A stretch of DNA of 64,000 nucleotides, from the NCBI GenBank assembly GCA_964400145.1, contig CAYNTF010000002.1, positions 743-64,742 on the forward strand, given 5' to 3'. This document shows, one piece after another, positions 63,801 through 64,000 of this stretch (position 1 is its first letter; each line of letters begins with the position of its first letter). The stretch is from an uncultured Lachnospiraceae bacterium. Lineage in GTDB: Bacteria > Bacillota > Clostridia > Christensenellales > UBA1242. Below the pieces are notes generated by a model, which saw only the letters and a program-made list of their open reading frames with translations, ran no database searches and was not told where the DNA came from. Made by a program: the position numbers and the translations under genes.

Positions 63801-64000
63801 TTGTAGGTTATATTTCCAACATAAATAGTGAAATAGTCCGAAACATCCCCACTGAAATTTGAGATTTGGCTGGTGTCAAGAGAGATGTAGAACATGCTGT
63901 CATCCAAAGCCACTTCGGTTGGCTCAACCAAGACCTTGACAAGATAGCCGTTGCTGTTTTCATAACTTGAAAAAACATCAATTTCGTTGCCATTAAGCGT
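45815..64000 (-). CDS. giant GLUG-repeat surface protein GP2, at least 6,061 codons, 5' end beyond the window
   Basis: The M at 63931 in the ORF track is a TTG codon. My translation of 63932-64000 in the same frame (TLNGNEIDVFSSYENSNGYLVKV) has no stop, so the ORF is open to the window edge. Many GLUG-like units (YVGGLVGSNTGKITNSFV, YIGGLVGQNSGTISGSGV, VAGGIVGYSAGATIENSYNTG, YAGGIFGYGTGGTSVRGCIN, YVGGLVGYMGGGFISVAYS) are preceded by entry modules of the I.T.EEF....Y.L.NDI.L....F.G.LDGNG.TI type. Glycine-rich C-terminal ~380 aa. Confidence 0.8.
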   Translation of the reverse strand, partial: TLNGNEIDVFSSYENSNGYLVKVLVEPTEVALDDSMFYISLDTSQISNFSGDVSDYFTIYVGNITYNLSGVNGDIIYKTDAISNNASVYILASSSLVQDLTGVVINFVSCSTSAVSASLTLNLYKITDGELNVESYDVETGESTEVETQYISTNLSSNTATYTLKISGISSISGLELVSDGNELFTFSSLTTLSSSSSSSNTYVIFTFTVTINGKDFESETNFWFEHVTGKTTAQFTVSAFMPVTSVSISNGNASSTNVFISRTSTQSYVAENNSVSTSSTISNTSLSHLLIEAGAILPLISEYQTLSNNGISFSYLSFDSLVDYIQNTEGGTAEEAQARALEIFNNDNLEYVLNNLYTSFSSVDAYNSYFSITESRLTLTENVFKGYILATFSGYDVNHDEVLIVRIFAIESFYSVSYISPSIREKLLYTTETLSISDLSLSYVDITLSFRSDIKTPTYTDSLEYFTFTSAQDALSNATVLTSGAYVTTSDQVLSNNYYTISNVQYTNSGRYLKFTITANSTNLQTYFEDVLTITYTDPNGLTRSTQITIQIRNVNRVESVTWTNSTEGDEIYLDLTSSNTNDKTATISTVISPSDANDKTLSYYFLPTSGNSGFLNIVQQGSGETFNLSIVNNTETGGVGYLYILPTDMIKSVDGETKILLYIYSTDSDGNIVEETPTYIDWEDLPYYYDYLISDGTDSASYGNVATYFLNNDGEKIYYSQIFLRIKVTVADGLTEETALRIYSVDELKAINTAKYYQIMNNLTLNNWTSFSELSGMIFGADETITLTFTGSSDNFVTTNKGTIKNLTFAGQVTTTSAYSGFVADENSGTIENVYVDVYYSSNGYSYSTLTTTTGSGTYVGGLVGSNTGKITNSFVLGLTISATNATYIGGLVGQNSGTISGSGVEFYKFESGYNTITGAGNTYFGGIVGQAESESSISTSYVYAYPLTDLTDGGDDYSSILNGMSSVSLFVGYSNGENTIDQSFAFLGSLSTTHMGSGTITFSNSYYLYCSSSTLTMQMLSASYNNSYINVTITKNSDGVSVSASGVSSWETLLQGLNSSIWVTSEIDEDVNFGFVYLSAITQTIAVDIRTLVINDIEESYIQALAVDSTSGILFYTSLTQSTNTSAEESALTARNTISYVDLFNLSSSKQARTLLLSTTSSLVSINTNDLLLNGVSTTAFEVTVYSKMDFTSSKTFTFVVLNNLPSLNLTLNDNTISDGSTILLQTGSSSQIVNNLDSRISLNGTMYTTENDYTFDISYTDDIGVYISISKNSSNIFLEGLKVNGDDIEISSFITLSGLSETYNSVINEKTKKSFNVTIYDGARTLELQNSQNVTFTASQYAEFDFKLTTDNSNDNLTFALTYGDITLEVVDENGDALTFDKDTSVAYFKLESDLLIKVTWSKSKGASDDEQLYHVVVKVDDSCLHLVEENYYGMTLTVTPLSQMASGSPSVDVTLNLETQSVNDVSIHTYSIASRSSVRNVTYYTISDAILNTISPSSDVIVAVTVSPAYALMSYFTITYSATGDTTSGTLGTLSISRLSSGTYGYYINSANTTFITNGLRVNLTDDDKKGDGVYYFRVYVSSSFTIDSDIKITVNFYDQNNNEIYYGSTDLNVNYLQEAQVKVDGESTHLLAKGDSATITVTVGLDQTLYNLYTNNVSANIDISPWTMEVQGNVKVYTATVTAYVDAELSGGDTGIKDTGIFYICADVQRVINGTQEIKQSKATVCLVDFTVDANNISVNSTGAQATYNGFTADVFNLYLGSTDILSFNYPIIPESYIYDSTNPSEVAKVNELLAKQSQFEQNNYYADENSGYYINYSNDQGLTLKQQLSYVTSITSSGDSTSHSIYNGSTITENDYFNIIESENSGRTLLQLTGKRTGYQLMKLRTTIVYANITYEYDYYFYVVVSVYSDEYIPTQITTAEEFVDYLTNSDEADDYILMNDIVLTDYTPLDTDLVSSLDGNGYTIHINSFAYPEDSSTLSLALFDTVSEDTTLKNVRVNIYSGGQIYVDVQDYSTINIAGFAITNNGIIYNCEVISYMSENQSVQYTTNGIVVNFTIGDNTDSVLLTEQQISQYNLSINIAGFVCENTASITNSRVGGDSYREIVTVGSSTYLQSKSLGTFTIVGQGNVSGFVGTNSGSVSASFAKSLQIYNQTKSTTSQTAGFVMTNSGNVQGSYVESVGDGEDVQNQKTNLSTMGIAAGFVYTNSGLVKNSYSNIAIANDETYKPYLASGFVYINQSSGQITLCYSASYVDTTDGYQMPFTGVDAQLNSLNEGTITKSYYFNSGTEDNTNQSSITTGVTAVNSLSIKNTPEDDLYGFTFASSEDAYDGIWTTTSNGITLVSANQIAFSNRYAVTVNNMTYIYYTSSILEASTLELIDISYGSINNPIILRDAYDFAVATGDATSTPISAYQAYYSDTSVFGNYRVVNDIDMSEIDLDISGDGAVKLTTTEKTFTGLLDGNGFTISNINLRSDEELENFGLFAKLNGAVIMNVNFTVGLINDTNASIVGALAGTAVDSKLVAISVSPLSSEEDISVTGYNIVGGVVGMIFGASEMHDITASNMVIESTYNGTKYVGANDDLTGDTLRGYVSTGLKAYVSALSYAGALVGYVDIYDTQIPDYVRYDNSLEVSDFGITTVYVTDSVDIYGQVVGGLFGYVGESTYIFDAGLELDANMSGDNPSYITSKNLYAGGLIGENYGGLFAVYATYSEDLQSQIESSEYSYYNSSSSVERGQQNIFSYKKNIGTDNEDGDNVLYVGGLVGYMGGGFISVAYSKINVISDTAEAVGGIIGLAGNVGNSYELTFTNNTSNINIFLYDVYASGDLYTTSENGISGGIIGAIRSDSGNIPIIALKDVMAMNYYSVEQAIVDNASQTVLSGGEHYMLIGKIYSYGEDGKTEIEELNNRLYILDSSSDYFDVYTSTSTSVGYSSNTVGGYSNVIVSGSQIDLAGYFGFSNDASTVSSSILQATSIGSLSSMDLAYVRFNSYFLENDWQSQYWEHTQSTLFPYIDLTSNLDTIYWDVYNTEEVLAAIENNPSITVIVRGRVSESENNAEWSDIDLTSDSAQGSASANFKTLSTTFSGTLISYYAYVQSHAEGYVTNEVYHDTTLGKTLVGGDAGSDVGLILDESLFEFLSNATIQGLNIYLVESGSDVIDYNLFKTVEDSVIRDVNIVLNNNVSIEATSFGSDSNGRYAAGLITNHAESTSFVNISFTARNESSITFTTSSSSTVQELYYGLLAGYIEQESAITSTTIQGVSVISESGDGLVINLKNTSSSTNVTLYAGVFAGSIVKSGAMRSTLYITTIDDVQLNIASESETVYVGGVAGYINGVTQISVSDSSSGGNGMKILQSENVGSLYAGIAFGAIYNTQASIEGVSLFVLKGGIYQATRARVKKSVYIGGLVGYSNSNIVVQSFSVDLTVANEDGTDDTEFDKNYKEYTVNSFIVNGDSQDNAIGGIVGYSVSGTVYVSGDSEISGAICVSTESTSSDGIISVGGLIGKINEGLTVNASIDNSINISVKGYENDGTYKAYEGYGTAYVGGVVGWVQVKEESVGSDSTEVTISINDSESSYGYVQYTGNVISDIKTLIFGGVFGYVSRTDYKNSENSITIKRAVFGGAVKAYGYNLNSGSLTVGGIVGEFDVDKEDSGDYESVIGTESSSAYTISNCYSYGNIFICYNARETTESTTNDPDRYDTLNTYNFGGIVGKASYIDITNSYSLMTNFNIKVTNDTSNYKVGAVVGANSDLVKYQDNYYSSGVCMAYQEESGNVDAPYGASVDYMGYTTVVETTDTSDIMYSTDILEYFNIGGDLALGSKLNPLTISEAGKSLTTSTSELIKWYAVTTSIDGLLSSGSTLSDAVIVGNGQTITISDSDLSSERTSATGALFNAMGTYDRYDLAYFSAITGLVIELDIQSYDISSNYFGGVVGYMYDNSFIYGVAVKGELSVGVKSKGSSFKLAGIAGNMCGGMISDCYVDATITYRGGDGDNAGVAGIALYYNSSSGWWQESTIKSTYSAGLIEVYYTSTSNEVYTFAAVPSLILTDCYSIANVQLTSISGDTETPSVKFAEVSNSRGSSFDLYTRTDTWALAYNKEAYSDQKINPDSSSSGYTTWYFNPYVNYGYASHGFGYLKNVTAYTRKISNPDDLDDGSTVVTEYEYTAVSYLDVLTSANVSEWFLGVPNAQKFQQMLDVIETGSASVDDQDWNFVILYDIDMSSKYLSSDTNSYINKNIGSSSSSSSYTLTIDGANHTLDFSSLTDLTSPLFDTVYGTIENLRLNDINVSGAQGTLATTFVGYLTNITVVGSLSLSTSSSLAGGVVGTLNGNATAVYGVVNVTSNNVGIVGGVVGQLTSGRVSYSSNAGEIVATGSTSLSSASFLYINSDGEITGSESSDSFNLIAGGVVGYASSGTTVDNSYNENAVLANYTNANTNANSVAGGIVGYSAGATIENSYNTGTIGAGNYSSEYDSAYNYAGGIFGYGTGGTSVRGCINDGAVEAIGKMDTTKYEIEGEVTSGEADAGYNPEPKCVIVKYTITYNGGENRHVYAYGIGFIGGDGSIEDCSTSTDNIKNDGNIGEVSDTQYMKFDRKTMLDQYTLNGENMVTGKFSLSDLEEFYINGYDAYGMPARIYLEDTMTRRMIYYAVDYNTAIATIDNSTSNNRYANVYDVENNILYDQNSFGNNTTVNSLLGQIIESYYDESDESDESYVVNVTEVSQLVYYLAADTTYYSSVSFVQYESILDGTSEDISLLGYVAGEGSMNITEYDRTNGVEIDGEPSTIEEKISDIDEMVEDSSDSLVETTINGQSAAIVKNKSGLISAIAPYYIDFDFEVTIDDTDFVEANSEVTITWRNSSTNAEVSAQYTSVTTSYSDSTLKVSGTSYFGEAQSNLTATVTVSYQSSRTITLSKNNVFDYGDGQIKILLDYYSEIDDELLESWNEYKISYTLQSTSSDDDVTDLTLEFELEYDDTDGYYLIGDQVQGGKNLLNVFSGGGYSLIINYVSTTTTENADISVKTTTKTYEVTLEDTNNVVTFKEYSSGTLRFILTDSFVESSDNSYTLDLSDLLSKLNGTTKLAFGNDSYSVTYNGEEWKVSDDADDGISISVDDSSGVLTITADSATSDDLQEFINNMLDWTVYYNLMGEFETSALSNSVEYCVEENLRYTLNYNISGSGNFGVEENVAIYYGSDINSEEVNVLTDTYFGVEFYTYEVEYTYKLEGGTLNITEGTGYEIQVKDGDSLVAFLQGAGSLSISSDYIKNGYTLSITLNSNEYSCDESDDEAVNEQWKFLDTLSLTVESEDGATKKYYTVTKEEVVDCSYCDEECTAVTTSWSVVNWNDDETASVAYQYEYTIYSCGAISVEYYVLQYNATTGTELYFITAEKYDYYDNSVKAYSYRETIIGESEDIEITWEEDSSLNTDLSVFEKISLGEYDISVDVVVADYDEKNIYFARNDYNTLTSNGTIPADDTLTLSSFNIGYSESETLKNSETTSYSYRVDGESSYTSVDESGATLTYDEDTPYEEVTYEILKITEEPKTMSGLYETTGSSDSSGSFIYIVLKNDISIGDYSFDANDKNYIGNNYVLRYSNSVDGNNFGGLFNSNSASISNLVVVGSVKDTASPSRSTRNSALLIYNNSGSLSNIKVYGTFRNIYSYSGTTYVLRNSGSGKITNLESSVTLYGLDGADGLDGKDGSVSSAGNDVERILSDLNSLSSTDTFESYNIIIAGSGGNGGNGSDGSTAGSDGGAGKQGGQGGSIEVQSEGTFCRSGIGGISGYGGNGANGSFSNGSVTGGGGGGRTFDNGDAGTLTVADSDGTDSTRTSYFDDEDDEDDEKTQFGGNGGIGGLGRYYYYYISNGNSIDELENPSSYGAEYAGDPVSSRSDPIGIEPEEAETSTYSGGYFYTSGGGGGAGGTSAGGKGGDGKALNLYYLAITKTNWYKEYAWLKLYGTAYKLAGDFTFDANSYSGTMNHIKNNIYNNFSGLTLNNGGLGGTGGSAGNGEDSGAGGQVQIRYIFSHVVTYRTLWPRDLGIAWNSGETVNSAGSFGSSGVLNPNADSSSS
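46500..46526. repeat. in-frame 9-bp tandem repeat (TCATCATCT x2 plus TCATCATCA) encoding DDEDDEDDE in GP2
   Basis: Read directly at 46500-46526. Confidence 0.9.
49869..49895. repeat. in-frame perfect 9-bp tandem repeat (GATTCATCA x3) encoding DESDESDES in GP2
   Basis: Read directly at 49869-49895. Protein context YYDESDESDESYVV. Confidence 0.9.

Overview
This is a visibly AT-rich chromosomal segment that uses the standard genetic code (ORFs of 3,479 and over 6,000 codons have no internal stop) and looks like a Bacillota (Firmicutes/Mollicutes-like) genome. About half is ordinary core genome: glmS (cut by the window start), rsmD, alr, a tRNA-Lys/tRNA-Leu unit, gatCAB, rpoB-rpoC, hflX, a class II aldolase, an MBL hydrolase, uvrA and uvrB. 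Two giant minus-strand genes take up about 45% of the window. GP1 (18723..29111, 3,462 aa from its ATG) is a lipobox-anchored GLUG-repeat surface protein. GP2 (45815..64000, at least 6,061 aa) is still open at the window edge. The two share a collinear homologous module, so they are paralogs. The most unusual arrangement is a lone VirB4/TraE-type ATPase with a fused VirB3/PrgI-like membrane hairpin (29190..31880). It sits directly upstream of GP1 and co-oriented with it, no other type IV secretion, relaxase or integrase gene is in the window, and rpoB-rpoC lie immediately downstream. I propose this as a candidate two-gene ATPase plus giant-adhesin module; that link is inference, not demonstrated. 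Other points worth a second look: (1) a consensus promoter followed by a strong terminator-like hairpin in the rpoB 5' leader, with no rplJ-rplL upstream; (2) a processive GT2 synthase paired with a secreted protein whose motifs resemble GT80 (PmST1-type) sialyltransferases; (3) a RadC-like gene attached to the 3' end of GP2, with a second radC paralog 8 kb away; (4) a divergent pair of paralogous membrane-anchored winged-helix proteins; (5) a recurring promoter layout with the -10 box 6 nt from the ATG and no Shine-Dalgarno, which suggests leaderless mRNAs; (6) short-motif arrays in AT-rich spacers. I found no CRISPR array, rRNA, transposase or integrase. All calls rest on reading the sequence and on motif recall; no database search was run.
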